A stretch of DNA of 64,000 bases. Source: Gemmatimonadota bacterium. GTDB lineage: Bacteria; Gemmatimonadota; Gemmatimonadetes; Palauibacterales; Palauibacteraceae. The notes under the pieces were generated by a model. The model saw only the letters and a list, made by a program, of their open reading frames with translations. It searched no databases and was not told the DNA's origin. Made by a program: the position numbers and the translations under genes. Of this stretch, positions 47,302 to 58,207 are shown in pieces (within the stretch, counting starts at the first letter, position 1; every line of letters begins with the position of its first letter). The stretch is taken from positions 1 through 64,000 of the forward strand of contig JBDHAC010000003.1 in assembly GCA_039588275.1 (NCBI GenBank). Reading direction: 5' to 3'.

Positions 47302-48558
47302 ATGACAAGTCGTCGTGTCGTCATCACCGGGGTCGGTCTGGTCACACCGATCGGACTCGACCCCGAATCTACATGGTCCGCGCTCGTTGCCGGCGAGAGC
47401 GGGGCGGGCCCGATCACGCAGTTCGACCCCGCGGAGCAGGACGTCCACTTCGCGTGCGAGGTGACCGGGTTCGATCCAGAGCTTCATATGGACCGGAAGG
47501 AGGCCCGGAGGGCGGACCGCTTCGTGCAGTTCGCGCTCGCCACTGCGAAGCAGGCCGTTGAAAGCGCCGGGTTGGAGGATTGGCTCCCGGGACCGACGCC
47601 ACATCGCGTGGGCGTAATCGTGGGCTCCGGGATCGGAGGGCTACCGCTGCTCGAAGAGCAGCACATCAAGTTGTTGGAGAAGGGGCCCGGCCGCGTATCT
47701 CCTTTCTTTATCCCCATGTTCATCGCTGACATGGCGCCCGGGTTGATCTCGATGCGCTACGGGGTCCAGGGTCCGAACTACGCGACCGTATCGGCCTGTG
47801 CCTCCAGCGCTCACGCTCTGGGACTCGCGTATCGATCGGTCCGCATCGGCGAGACCGACGCGATGATCACGGGTGGCACGGAATCCACCATCACCCCGCT
47901 ATGCGTCGGCGGCTTCGCGTCGATGAAAGCGCTGTCGACGCGCAACGACGATCCGGCCACCGCTTCGCGGCCGTTCGACCGGCACAGAGACGGGTTCGTG
48001 CTCGGAGAGGGAGCGGCGATGATGATCCTCGAGGAGCTGGAGCACGCACGCGCGCGCGGAGCACCTATCGTCGCCGAGATGATCGGGTTCGCTCAGAGCG
48101 CGGACGCGTACCATCTGACCGCCCCCGCACCTGATGGAGCAGGTGCGCAGACGGCGATGGCGTTGGCGCTCGAAGATGCCGGTATCCGACCTGAGCAAGT
48201 CGACTACATCAACGCCCACGGGACCTCTACGCCGGCCAACGACTCCGCCGAGACCGCGGCCGTGAAGGGCGTGTTCGGTGATCACGCCTACGATCTCGTG
48301 CTGGGCTCCTCCAAATCCATGACCGGTCACACGCTCGGTGCGTCGGGGGCCATCGAAGGCACCATCGCCGCGCTCGTGTGCCAACGAAGCGTGATCCCGC
48401 CCACGATCAACTTCGAGGAGGCTGATCCTGAATGTGACCTGGAGTACGCGCACGGTGGCCCCATCGAGCGTGAGGTGAAGTACGCGATTTCCAACTCGTT
48501 CGGCTTCGGGGGGCACAACGTGTGTCTCGCGGTAAAGCGGTGGAACGGGGACGAGTGA
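47302..48558 (+). CDS. fabF: 3-oxoacyl-ACP synthase II
   Basis: Motifs SACA, NAHGTST, KSMTGH and NSFGFGGHN. Confidence 0.98.
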   Translation: MTSRRVVITGVGLVTPIGLDPESTWSALVAGESGAGPITQFDPAEQDVHFACEVTGFDPELHMDRKEARRADRFVQFALATAKQAVESAGLEDWLPGPTPHRVGVIVGSGIGGLPLLEEQHIKLLEKGPGRVSPFFIPMFIADMAPGLISMRYGVQGPNYATVSACASSAHALGLAYRSVRIGETDAMITGGTESTITPLCVGGFASMKALSTRNDDPATASRPFDRHRDGFVLGEGAAMMILEELEHARARGAPIVAEMIGFAQSADAYHLTAPAPDGAGAQTAMALALEDAGIRPEQVDYINAHGTSTPANDSAETAAVKGVFGDHAYDLVLGSSKSMTGHTLGASGAIEGTIAALVCQRSVIPPTINFEEADPECDLEYAHGGPIEREVKYAISNSFGFGGHNVCLAVKRWNGDE

Positions 48559-48592
48559 CGCCGCTGTTCGCTCCGCACGGGGGAGTCAAGCC

Positions 48593-49021
48593 GTGAGTCG
48601 ACCCCGCGTCTTGGCGCTCATCGGCTCAGAGTCGGATCGCCCGGTGATGGATAAGGCGGTCGAGATCCTGACCGACCGTGGTGTCGACGTGCACCTCGAG
48701 GTGAGCAGCGCGCACCGGGATCCCGAACGGACGGTCGCTCTCGCCTCCGGCGCGCGCGATGCCGGGTTCAGCGTCGTGATCTGCGGGGCGGGGCTCGCCG
48801 CCGCGCTCCCGGGCGTCGTCGCAGCACACACCACGCTACCGGTCATCGGCGTCCCGATCTCTGCCGGAACCCTCGGCGGGCTGGACTCTCTGCTCTCGAT
48901 CGTCCAGATGCCGCCTGGCGTGCCGGTGGCGACCGTGGCGATCGATGGCGCCAAGAACGCCGCACATCTCGCGCTTCGCATCCTGGAACTATCGTCAGCG
49001 GGGAGCGACGCGCCCGGCTGA
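48593..49021 (+). CDS. purE: N5-CAIR mutase / AIR carboxylase
   Basis: Motifs GS.SD, SAHR, LPG, PVIGVP and SIVQMP.GVPVATV. Confidence 0.93.
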   Translation: MSRPRVLALIGSESDRPVMDKAVEILTDRGVDVHLEVSSAHRDPERTVALASGARDAGFSVVICGAGLAAALPGVVAAHTTLPVIGVPISAGTLGGLDSLLSIVQMPPGVPVATVAIDGAKNAAHLALRILELSSAGSDAPG

Positions 49022-49053
49022 CCGACCGTCCTCGCGGATAAGCAGGTGTCCTC

Positions 49054-49572
49054 ATGCGAGTCGGCATCGGTTACGACTCCCACCGCTTCGATGAAGCTCG
49101 CCCACTGATCCTCGGGGGCGTCCGGATTCCGGATGCGCCCGGTCTGGCCGCCTACTCGGATGGCGACGCGGTCGCCCACGCCGTGATCGATGCGTTGCTC
49201 GGCGCGGCGGGGCTCGGTCATATCGGAGCCCTCTTCCCGGACGACGATCCCGAGTACGAGGGGGCGGATTCCCTCTCTCTCCTGGCCGAAGCCGTGCGCC
49301 GAGTGGAGATGGAGAACTACCAGGTCGTGAACGTGGACGTGTCGATCATCGCGGAACGCCCGCGCATCGCTCCCTTCGGCCATGAGATGGCCGAGCGGTT
49401 GGCCACGACGCTTCACACCGCGCCGACGTGCGTGTCGATCAAGGGCAAGTCCAACGAGGCCATGGGTTGGATCGGGCGAGGGGAAGGGATTGCGGTGATC
49501 GCGGTGGCGGCCCTCGACCAGATCGGCGACATCGACGCCCTCCTCGCCAGCATGCGCTCCGGCGGTGGCTGA
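49054..49572 (+). CDS. ispF: 2-C-methyl-D-erythritol 2,4-cyclodiphosphate synthase
   Basis: Motifs RVG.GYD.H, L.LGGV, SDGD...HA..DA.LGA, FPD.D and GRGEG. Confidence 0.93.
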   Translation: MRVGIGYDSHRFDEARPLILGGVRIPDAPGLAAYSDGDAVAHAVIDALLGAAGLGHIGALFPDDDPEYEGADSLSLLAEAVRRVEMENYQVVNVDVSIIAERPRIAPFGHEMAERLATTLHTAPTCVSIKGKSNEAMGWIGRGEGIAVIAVAALDQIGDIDALLASMRSGGG

Positions 49573-50188
49573 GTTCGAAGCGCTTCTCGCGCTCCTGCTT
49601 GGAATCCCCACGTGGCTCGCGTACGTGCTACTCGGTGCGGGGGCGGCGGTCGAGAACGTGTTTCCCCCCGTGCCCTCCGACACGGTCGTGGTACTCGGTG
49701 GCATCTTGTCGGATCGTGGGGGGCTGCACGTGTGGACGGTCCTTGCGGTCGCGTGGGTCTCGAACGTGAGCGCGGCGCTGCTCATTTACGCGCTCGCGCG
49801 ACGTCACGGTCGGGGTATCTTCCGGACACGCTGGGGACGGCGGCTCCTCCGCCCCCATCAGTTGAACCAGCTGTCGGACTTTTATGAGCGGTACGGACTC
49901 GTGGCGATCTTCGGAAGTCGCTTTCTACCCGTGCTGCGGGTCCTGATTCCGGCGTTTGCCGGCATCACGAAGCTGGGCTTCGTGCGCACGGCGATTCCGC
50001 TTGCTACCGCGTCACTCGGCTGGTATACCGTGATGGTCTTCGCCGGCGTGTTCGCGTCACGGAATATCGAGCGGCTGTTCGAGACGCTCGGGGCCGCCAA
50101 CAACTGGCTCCTGGGTGTCGCGTTGGCCCTGATCGTGGGCATCACGTTCTGGTGGATTCGGAGCCGACGTGATCGAGAAGACACCTAG
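49565..50188 (+). CDS. DedA family membrane protein
   Basis: Motifs EN.FPP.PS, RFLP.LR and PAG. Confidence 0.92.
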   Translation: MAEFEALLALLLGIPTWLAYVLLGAGAAVENVFPPVPSDTVVVLGGILSDRGGLHVWTVLAVAWVSNVSAALLIYALARRHGRGIFRTRWGRRLLRPHQLNQLSDFYERYGLVAIFGSRFLPVLRVLIPAFAGITKLGFVRTAIPLATASLGWYTVMVFAGVFASRNIERLFETLGAANNWLLGVALALIVGITFWWIRSRRDREDT

Positions 50189-50206
50189 CAGGTTCCCGAG
50201 CCGCCG

Positions 50207-51127
50207 ATGGAGGTAGAGACCGGCCAGCTCGCAGCCGAGCGCGCCTTCCGTCTGGAGCTCTTCCGCGACTACCTGAGCTTCGAGCGTGGGCTCTCCCCAC
50301 GCACGCTGGATGCATACGAAGCCGATGCCCGCCGACTGATCGCCTATGCCGAAGGCCGCGGCGTTACGCAACCCTCGGCGGTGACCTACGATCTGCTGCG
50401 CGACTTCGTCGCCGCACTCACCGAGTCGGGGTTGGCGGCCGCCTCGGTGGCTCGAAAGTTGTCGGCGGTGCGGGCTCTGTTCCGGTTTCTCGTCGAGGAA
50501 GGAGTCCTCTCGACCGACCCCTGCGAGCGCCTCGAGTCTCCACGGCCGTCCCGGCGGCTCCCCCAGGTGCTCTCGTACCCGGAGATCGAGCGATTGTTGT
50601 CCGCCGTGACGCCGGATCTGGAGTTGGCGTACCGCGACAGGGCAATCATCGAAGTGTTGTACGGGTGTGGGCTTAGGGTATCGGAGCTCATCGATCTTCG
50701 ATTGCTCGGTCTGCATCTGGATGCGGGTCTGGTTCAGGTCCTGGGGAAGGGCCGAAAGGAGCGTCTGGTACCGGTGGGAGCGGATGCGCGGGGCGCGTTG
50801 CGGCGCTACCTTCGTGAATCGAGACCCCGCTTGGACAGGGGAGCGTCGGACGGCAGGGTATTCCTCAATCGCCACGGGCGCCCGTTGAGCCGAATGGGCG
50901 TGTGGAAGATTCTGCGTCGCTACGTGGAGAGGGCCGGGCTACAGGTGCGGGTGACGCCCCACACCCTGCGGCACAGCTTCGCCACGCACCTTCTCGAGGG
51001 CGGTGCGGACCTCGCGTCCGTGCAAGAGATGCTGGGCCATGTCGACATTTCCACGACCGAGATATACACGCACGTCGACCGGAGCCACCTGCGAGAGGTC
51101 CATCGAGCCTGCCACCCGCGGGGGTGA
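50207..51127 (+). CDS. xerD: Chromosomal tyrosine recombinase XerD
   Basis: Motifs ERGLS..T..AY, LY.CGLRVSEL, GKG.KERLVP, TPHTLRHSFATHLL and LGH..I.TT.IYTH. Confidence 0.9.
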   Translation: MEVETGQLAAERAFRLELFRDYLSFERGLSPRTLDAYEADARRLIAYAEGRGVTQPSAVTYDLLRDFVAALTESGLAAASVARKLSAVRALFRFLVEEGVLSTDPCERLESPRPSRRLPQVLSYPEIERLLSAVTPDLELAYRDRAIIEVLYGCGLRVSELIDLRLLGLHLDAGLVQVLGKGRKERLVPVGADARGALRRYLRESRPRLDRGASDGRVFLNRHGRPLSRMGVWKILRRYVERAGLQVRVTPHTLRHSFATHLLEGGADLASVQEMLGHVDISTTEIYTHVDRSHLREVHRACHPRG

Positions 51128-51166
51128 CTTGAACCGCTGTGGCGACTCGGGACCATCGGGGTCCTC

Positions 51167-51718
51167 GTGATCCGCGTCTCGCGCGTCGTCAGCCTGGTAC
51201 GCAACCGGCGCCCCGTACACCGATTCGCCGATCGGCCGGTTCCCGCCGATGTGCTGGAGACGGTACTCGAGTCCGGGCGTTACGCTCCCTCCGCGGGTGA
51301 GGCGCAGCCGTGGCGATTCGTCGTCGTTCAGGAGGCGCTGACGCGCCTTCGAATCGCGACCGCGGCCTTCAACCATCCCCACTTGCAGACGGCTCCCGTC
51401 CTCATCGCCTGCTGCGCGCGCATTCACTCCCACGTCAGCGGGTCCGGCCGCCCAAGTCACCCGATCGATCTGGCGGCCGCGACCCAGACCATGTTGATCG
51501 TGGCCGCAGACCTCGGCCTGCACACGAGTTGGATCACAGGCTATCGCGAGCCTCACGTCCGGGCGGCCCTCGGGATCCCCGCCGATGTGCCCGTCGTGGC
51601 CATCCTGGCGCTCGGATACCCGGACGGTCTGAGCCCGTTGCCTGAGCGGCGTTCCCGTCCGGAGGTGATCGCCTGGGATCGCTGGCAATCGGATGACGCG
51701 GGGGGATCGCCGCTGTGA
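51167..51718 (+). CDS. Nitroreductase family protein
   Basis: Motifs RR....F, APS....QPW.F, GL.T.W and LGYP. Confidence 0.9.
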   Translation: MIRVSRVVSLVRNRRPVHRFADRPVPADVLETVLESGRYAPSAGEAQPWRFVVVQEALTRLRIATAAFNHPHLQTAPVLIACCARIHSHVSGSGRPSHPIDLAAATQTMLIVAADLGLHTSWITGYREPHVRAALGIPADVPVVAILALGYPDGLSPLPERRSRPEVIAWDRWQSDDAGGSPL

Positions 51719-53247
51719 GGCGGTTCGGCAGGCTCGCGCGGCCGGCGGCCCTCCTTTGTCTGTTTGTCGGACCGCTGGCGGCGCAGGAAGTGCGGCTCTC
51801 CGATGAACCACGCGGGGCCGCCCAGGAGGCGCTCGCCGCGTTCCTCGCCCGTGGCGGATACGAAGTGTGGACGAGTGACACCATCCTGGCGCGTGGGGAC
51901 ACCGTCGAAGGGCACGTGCTCCTCCTGGAAGGTGCGGGCCGGATCGCGGGCCGCGTGGAGGGGGACGTCTATGTCGTGGATGGCGACCTGATCCTACGCG
52001 TCGGGGGCAGCATCGGAGGGGATGTCGTCGTCTTGGCCGGACTCCTGCTGGACTCTGATCTGGCAACAGTGGAAGGAGCGATCACTTACCGGCCAAACGA
52101 GCGCTTGCGGGTCATCCCGGAAGCCGGCGGTTACACGATCTTTGCGGTCCAGCGGCCGCTCCCCGCGGTCGAGCTCGACGGCCAGTACGGGTTTCATCTT
52201 CCCACGTACCAGCGCGTCGATGCGCTTACCTTCGCGTGGGGTGCAACGGTGCGCGCCGCTCATGCGGCAGGCCAGCCGGAGCTCGGCGGGGTGGTTCGGT
52301 ACAAGACCGGACCCGATGACGTGGAAGGCTCCGTGCGTGCCGCATGGAACGCGAGCGAACGAGTCCGCCTGTTCGCTGCGGCGAGCCGCGCCACTCGCTC
52401 GAACGACGAGTGGATCCGGCCGACGTGGGTGAACACGCTGATGTTCGCGTTCGCGGGTGATGATTACCGCGACTACTACCGGGCCGATCGGGCAGGCGCC
52501 GGGGTCGAGTGGGGGATTCGTCGCGCGCCTGATTGGCGTGGCGGGACCGATGTGACGCTGACGGTCGGGGCCGCGTGGGAGGAAGCCCGCAGCGTCGAGG
52601 CTCGCGACGTCACGATACTGTTCGCGGCCGACGACGCGCGCTTCAATCCAGCGATCGATCCCGGTGACATCTACAGCGCCTGGGTTGGGTTGGCGGTCGA
52701 GGACCGCCGCGAGGATTCTCGAACGCGGCTGGGTCTCACGCTCGAAGGTTCGACCGAGGACATCGGCGGCGACTTCTCTTTTCTGCGAGCGGAGGCGCGC
52801 CTCGCGCTCAAGCGGCCGATCCTCTCGACCCATTCGTTGGATGTGTTCGCCATCGGTCGCGGCGATCTCGCGGGGACCTTGCCGGGCCAGCGGTGGTCCG
52901 GACTGGGCCGGATCGGAACGCTGCCTACTTTTCCGGTTCTCTCCCTGCGCGGTGAGCGGCTGCTGTACGGCGAGGCCACCTACGCGCTACCGCTCTACTC
53001 GGCAGGTACGCTTGGGGCGCTGGAGGCCTTCCTCCGGGGGAGCGCCGGCACCGCATGGAGTGAGGGCGAGAGTTTCCGCCTGAGGGAGAACGCGACGCTG
53101 GGGCTCCGTGCACGCGTTTGGGGCGTGGGGTTGGAGGTGGGCGTCGCGTCCGGGTTCGGCGGAGATAACGACGAATCGGATGTCCAGGTATACGTGGACC
53201 TGCGGCTCGACCGCCCGACCGGGGGACGTGGTCTGCCACTCTTTTGA
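51715..53247 (+). CDS. Secreted hypothetical protein: bactofilin-like repeat region plus probable beta-barrel
   Basis: Signal peptide ending LAA/Q; GxV.GdV repeats; alternating aromatic/hydrophobic strands. Confidence 0.7.
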   Translation: MRRFGRLARPAALLCLFVGPLAAQEVRLSDEPRGAAQEALAAFLARGGYEVWTSDTILARGDTVEGHVLLLEGAGRIAGRVEGDVYVVDGDLILRVGGSIGGDVVVLAGLLLDSDLATVEGAITYRPNERLRVIPEAGGYTIFAVQRPLPAVELDGQYGFHLPTYQRVDALTFAWGATVRAAHAAGQPELGGVVRYKTGPDDVEGSVRAAWNASERVRLFAAASRATRSNDEWIRPTWVNTLMFAFAGDDYRDYYRADRAGAGVEWGIRRAPDWRGGTDVTLTVGAAWEEARSVEARDVTILFAADDARFNPAIDPGDIYSAWVGLAVEDRREDSRTRLGLTLEGSTEDIGGDFSFLRAEARLALKRPILSTHSLDVFAIGRGDLAGTLPGQRWSGLGRIGTLPTFPVLSLRGERLLYGEATYALPLYSAGTLGALEAFLRGSAGTAWSEGESFRLRENATLGLRARVWGVGLEVGVASGFGGDNDESDVQVYVDLRLDRPTGGRGLPLF

Positions 53248-53272
53248 CTTCGTTCGTTGGGCCGCCTAGCTT
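53244..53272 (+). promoter_or_regulatory. Putative sigma70-type promoter for the kdsB-lpt operon (TTGACT-N17-TAGCTT)
   Basis: Near-consensus -35; 17-nt spacer. Confidence 0.6.
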
Positions 53273-53313
53273 GCCCCGATGCGGATTCAATCCACGACCG
53301 CTCCGGATCGGTG

Positions 53314-54081
53314 ATGGGCGTCCTGTGCGTCCTTCCTGCCCGTCTCGCCAGCCGCCGTATCCCCCGAAAGCCCCTTCAGCCCCTCGCCGGAAAGCCCCTC
53401 ATCGAGTGGACTTGGCGCGCGGCGTCTGGTGTCGCGGAGTTCGACCGGGTGGTCGTCGCGACCGACTCGAACGACATCGTGTCGTGCGTCTCCGCCTTCG
53501 GGGGGGAGGCGATCCTCACCGATCGAAGCCACCCATCCGGAACGGATCGCGTGTGCGAGGCCGCGCGCTCGCTCGGAGTCGGGGATGCCGACATCGTCGT
53601 GAACTTCCAGGCGGACGAGCCGTTCGTGGACGCACCGACGGTCGGACGCGCGGTGGCGGCAGTGCGAGCCGGTGCGGCCGAGATCGCGACCCTCGCGGCG
53701 CCGATCCGCAGCCTGGAGGAATGGCATTCCGCTGGCGTCGTCAAGGTGGTGGTGGGAAGCGACGGGCGCGCGTTTTATTTCAGCCGTGCGCCGATCCCGC
53801 ACACTCGGGGAGGATCGCCGGAGCTCGCCTCGAGAGAACCGAGCCTCCTGCGACACATAGGCATCTACGTGCACCAGCTGAAGACGCTGAACAGGTGGGC
53901 CAACGCGCCCGAGTCGAGACTCGAACGACTCGAGCGGTTGGAGCAGCTCCGCGCGCTCGAGGCGGGAATCGGGATCCACGTGCAGGTCGGGCCGCCGACA
54001 CCACCCGGTGTGGACCTGCCCGAAGACCTGGAACGCGCGGCGAAACATCTCGAGCGCGGTGTATCGATTACGGTAGATTGA
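53314..54081 (+). CDS. kdsB: CMP-Kdo synthetase
   Basis: Motifs PARL.S.R...KPL, SGTDR, VN.Q.DEP, YFSR..IP, HIGIY and LEQLRAL. Confidence 0.96.
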   Translation: MGVLCVLPARLASRRIPRKPLQPLAGKPLIEWTWRAASGVAEFDRVVVATDSNDIVSCVSAFGGEAILTDRSHPSGTDRVCEAARSLGVGDADIVVNFQADEPFVDAPTVGRAVAAVRAGAAEIATLAAPIRSLEEWHSAGVVKVVVGSDGRAFYFSRAPIPHTRGGSPELASREPSLLRHIGIYVHQLKTLNRWANAPESRLERLERLEQLRALEAGIGIHVQVGPPTPPGVDLPEDLERAAKHLERGVSITVD

Positions 54082-55794
<1,713 letters not shown>

Positions 55795-55829
55795 ACGGAG
55801 CGAGGGGTCCCACGGCCCGGCGTTGAGCC

Positions 55830-56666
55830 ATGTCTGATGCAACGGGATCGCCGTTTCGGCCAGCGGCCGGATTGTTCCTCATCGCAGGCCCGTGTGTCCT
55901 GGAATCGGAGGAGCTCAACCTTCGGATCGCGGCACATCTCGCCGAGCTATCGGAGCGGCACGGAGTGCCGGTCATCTTCAAGGCCTCGTTCGACAAAGCC
56001 AACCGCACGAGCCGAAGCTCTCACCGCGGCCCCGGACTGGAGCTCGGCCTGGAGCTTCTGGCCAGCGTACGAGCGGAGACAGGTCTTCCTCTTCTGACAG
56101 ACGTGCACCTGCCCGATCAAGTGCCTGTCGCAGCGCGGGTCGTGGACGTGCTCCAGGTCCCGGCCTTCCTTTCGCGTCAGACCGATCTTCTCGAGGCCGT
56201 GGGCGGTAGCGGGTTGCCGGTCAACATCAAGAAAGGGCAGTGGATGGCGCCCGAGCAAATGGCGCACGCCGTGGACAAAGTGCGCGCGGCCGGCGCCGCT
56301 GATGTCGCCGTGACCGAACGGGGAACCGCGTTCGGGTACGGTCGGTGGATCGTAGACATGCGCAGCTTCGAGCTCATGCGCGGCGCGGCTTCGTGTCCGA
56401 CCATCTTCGATGGGACGCACTCCGTGCAGCTCCCGGGTGGGGCCGGGCCGGCGAGTGGCGGCGAGCCGCAGTTCATCGAGCCCCTGTGCCAGGCGGCGGT
56501 GGCGGCCGGTGCGGATGGGTTGTTCCTGGAGGTGCACCCGGAGCCCGAGACGGCCCCCTCCGACCCGTCCAGCATGTTGCCGCTGATCCGGTTGGAACCG
56601 CTCGTAAAGCGGCTCGTGCGACTGCGTCTCGCGTTGAAACACGAACCGTCCCCCATCGGCCGCTGA
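55830..56666 (+). CDS. kdsA: Kdo-8-phosphate synthase
   Basis: Motifs AGPC..ES, KASFDKANRTS, PAFL.RQTD, KKGQ and D.THSVQ. Confidence 0.97.
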   Translation: MSDATGSPFRPAAGLFLIAGPCVLESEELNLRIAAHLAELSERHGVPVIFKASFDKANRTSRSSHRGPGLELGLELLASVRAETGLPLLTDVHLPDQVPVAARVVDVLQVPAFLSRQTDLLEAVGGSGLPVNIKKGQWMAPEQMAHAVDKVRAAGAADVAVTERGTAFGYGRWIVDMRSFELMRGAASCPTIFDGTHSVQLPGGAGPASGGEPQFIEPLCQAAVAAGADGLFLEVHPEPETAPSDPSSMLPLIRLEPLVKRLVRLRLALKHEPSPIGR

Positions 56667-56670
56667 GCCG

Positions 56671-57231
56671 ATGACGATCCCGGCGGAGGTCGCACGAGCG
56701 ATCCGACTCGTCGTGTTGGACGCGGATGGCGTGCTCACGGACGGGGGGATTTATGTGGACGGGGGCGCCGGCGCGCGCGAGCTGCGGCGCTTCCACGCCC
56801 TGGACGGCCTGGGAATCCGCATGCTCGCGGAAGCGGGGCTCACGGTCGCGATCGTCTCCGGCAAGCGTTCGGAGGCCGTGACGCGGCGGGCGACCGAGCT
56901 TGGCATCGTCGAGGTGCATCAGGGGGCGCCGTTCGGAAAGGTCGCGGCCGTCGAGGGTATCCTGTCGAGGCACGGATGGTCCTGGTCGGCCGTGGCGCAC
57001 CTCGGAGATGATCTGGCGGACGCCGCGCTCATGGAGCGAGTGCGGCTCCCCGCAGCCGTCTCCAACGCCGTGCCGGAAGTGAAAGCACGCGCCTCGTGGT
57101 GTGGGACTGTGCCCGGAGGGAGCGGGGCCGTGCGCGAATTCGTGGAGGCGCTGTTGCGCGCACGCGGAGAGTGGGAGGAGCTCGTGGAGGCGTATGTCGA
57201 GCGGAGTCGTGGAACAGCTGCGGGAGACTGA
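56671..57231 (+). CDS. kdsC: Kdo-8-phosphate phosphatase (HAD family)
   Basis: Motifs D.DGVLTDG, DG.GI, GDD..D and GG.GAVRE. Confidence 0.93.
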   Translation: MTIPAEVARAIRLVVLDADGVLTDGGIYVDGGAGARELRRFHALDGLGIRMLAEAGLTVAIVSGKRSEAVTRRATELGIVEVHQGAPFGKVAAVEGILSRHGWSWSAVAHLGDDLADAALMERVRLPAAVSNAVPEVKARASWCGTVPGGSGAVREFVEALLRARGEWEELVEAYVERSRGTAAGD

Positions 57232-58207
57232 GACGGTTCGGCACGACGCCGAGCTTCTGGCGCTCGCCCGCAACGTCGTGCGGATCGAGTCCGAAGGCGT
57301 CGCCTCGCTGATCGAGCGGCTGGATGAGCGGTTTATCGAGGCGGTGCGGCTGATTCTCGGGGCGACCGGGCGCGTCGTGGTGACCGGGGTGGGCAAGTCT
57401 GGCCTCGTGGCGCGCAAGATCGCCTCGACGCTCGCTTCTACAGGTACTCCCGCGCTCTTTCTGCACCCGGTCGAGGGCGCGCACGGCGACGTGGGTGTGC
57501 TGCTGCGCGGTGACGTCCTGGTCATCGTTTCGCGAAGCGGGACCTCCGAGGAGCTCATCGCCCTGTTGCCTTCGGTACGTCGACTCGAGATCCCCATCGT
57601 AGCGATCACGGGCGTCTCGCAATCGCCCCTGGGTCGCGCGGCGAAGGCGGTCCTCGACGTCGGAGTGTCTGAAGAGGCATGCCCGCATGATCTGACTCCC
57701 ACCTCGAGCAGTACAGCCGCGCTCGTGATGGGCGATGCCGTCGCGATGGCCCTGTTGCACAGCCGTGGGTTCGAGGCCGAGGACTTCGCCCGGCTGCACC
57801 CGGGCGGGGTACTCGGGCGGCGACTTCTTTGGCGCGTGGAGGACGTGATGCTGTCGGGGGACGAGGTCCCGGTGGTTGGACCCGACGTCCCGCTCGCGGA
57901 GGCGATGCACGAGATCGCACACCGTCGCGGAACCGTGCCTGTCGTGGACGCCGACCGTAGGGTGGTCGGCGTGATGACCGCCGGTGATCTGACGCGCTTC
58001 GCGGAGGAGCACGCGGACTTCCTGACCCGCCCCGCCGCAGAGGCGATGAACGCGGACCCCAAGGTGGTGGGGCCGACAGCGCTGGCTATGGAAGCACTGG
58101 GTCGAATGGAGGAGCATGGCGTGATGGCGATGCCGGTCGTCGACGCGACGCACAGGCTCGTGGGCATCGTACACCTGCACGACGTGCTACGCGCGGGGGT
58201 GCGTTGA
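57194..58207 (+). CDS. kdsD: Arabinose-5-phosphate isomerase (SIS plus CBS domains)
   Basis: Motifs G.GKSG, STGTP, HGD.G, EACP, PT.S and HPGG.LG; CBS pair. Confidence 0.95.
   Translation: MSSGVVEQLRETETVRHDAELLALARNVVRIESEGVASLIERLDERFIEAVRLILGATGRVVVTGVGKSGLVARKIASTLASTGTPALFLHPVEGAHGDVGVLLRGDVLVIVSRSGTSEELIALLPSVRRLEIPIVAITGVSQSPLGRAAKAVLDVGVSEEACPHDLTPTSSSTAALVMGDAVAMALLHSRGFEAEDFARLHPGGVLGRRLLWRVEDVMLSGDEVPVVGPDVPLAEAMHEIAHRRGTVPVVDADRRVVGVMTAGDLTRFAEEHADFLTRPAAEAMNADPKVVGPTALAMEALGRMEEHGVMAMPVVDATHRLVGIVHLHDVLRAGVR

Noticed and set aside
50207..51127. Tyrosine recombinase as an integrase of a mobile element
   Set aside because: XerD-like size and motifs, housekeeping neighbours, and no att repeats, tRNA or compositional shift.
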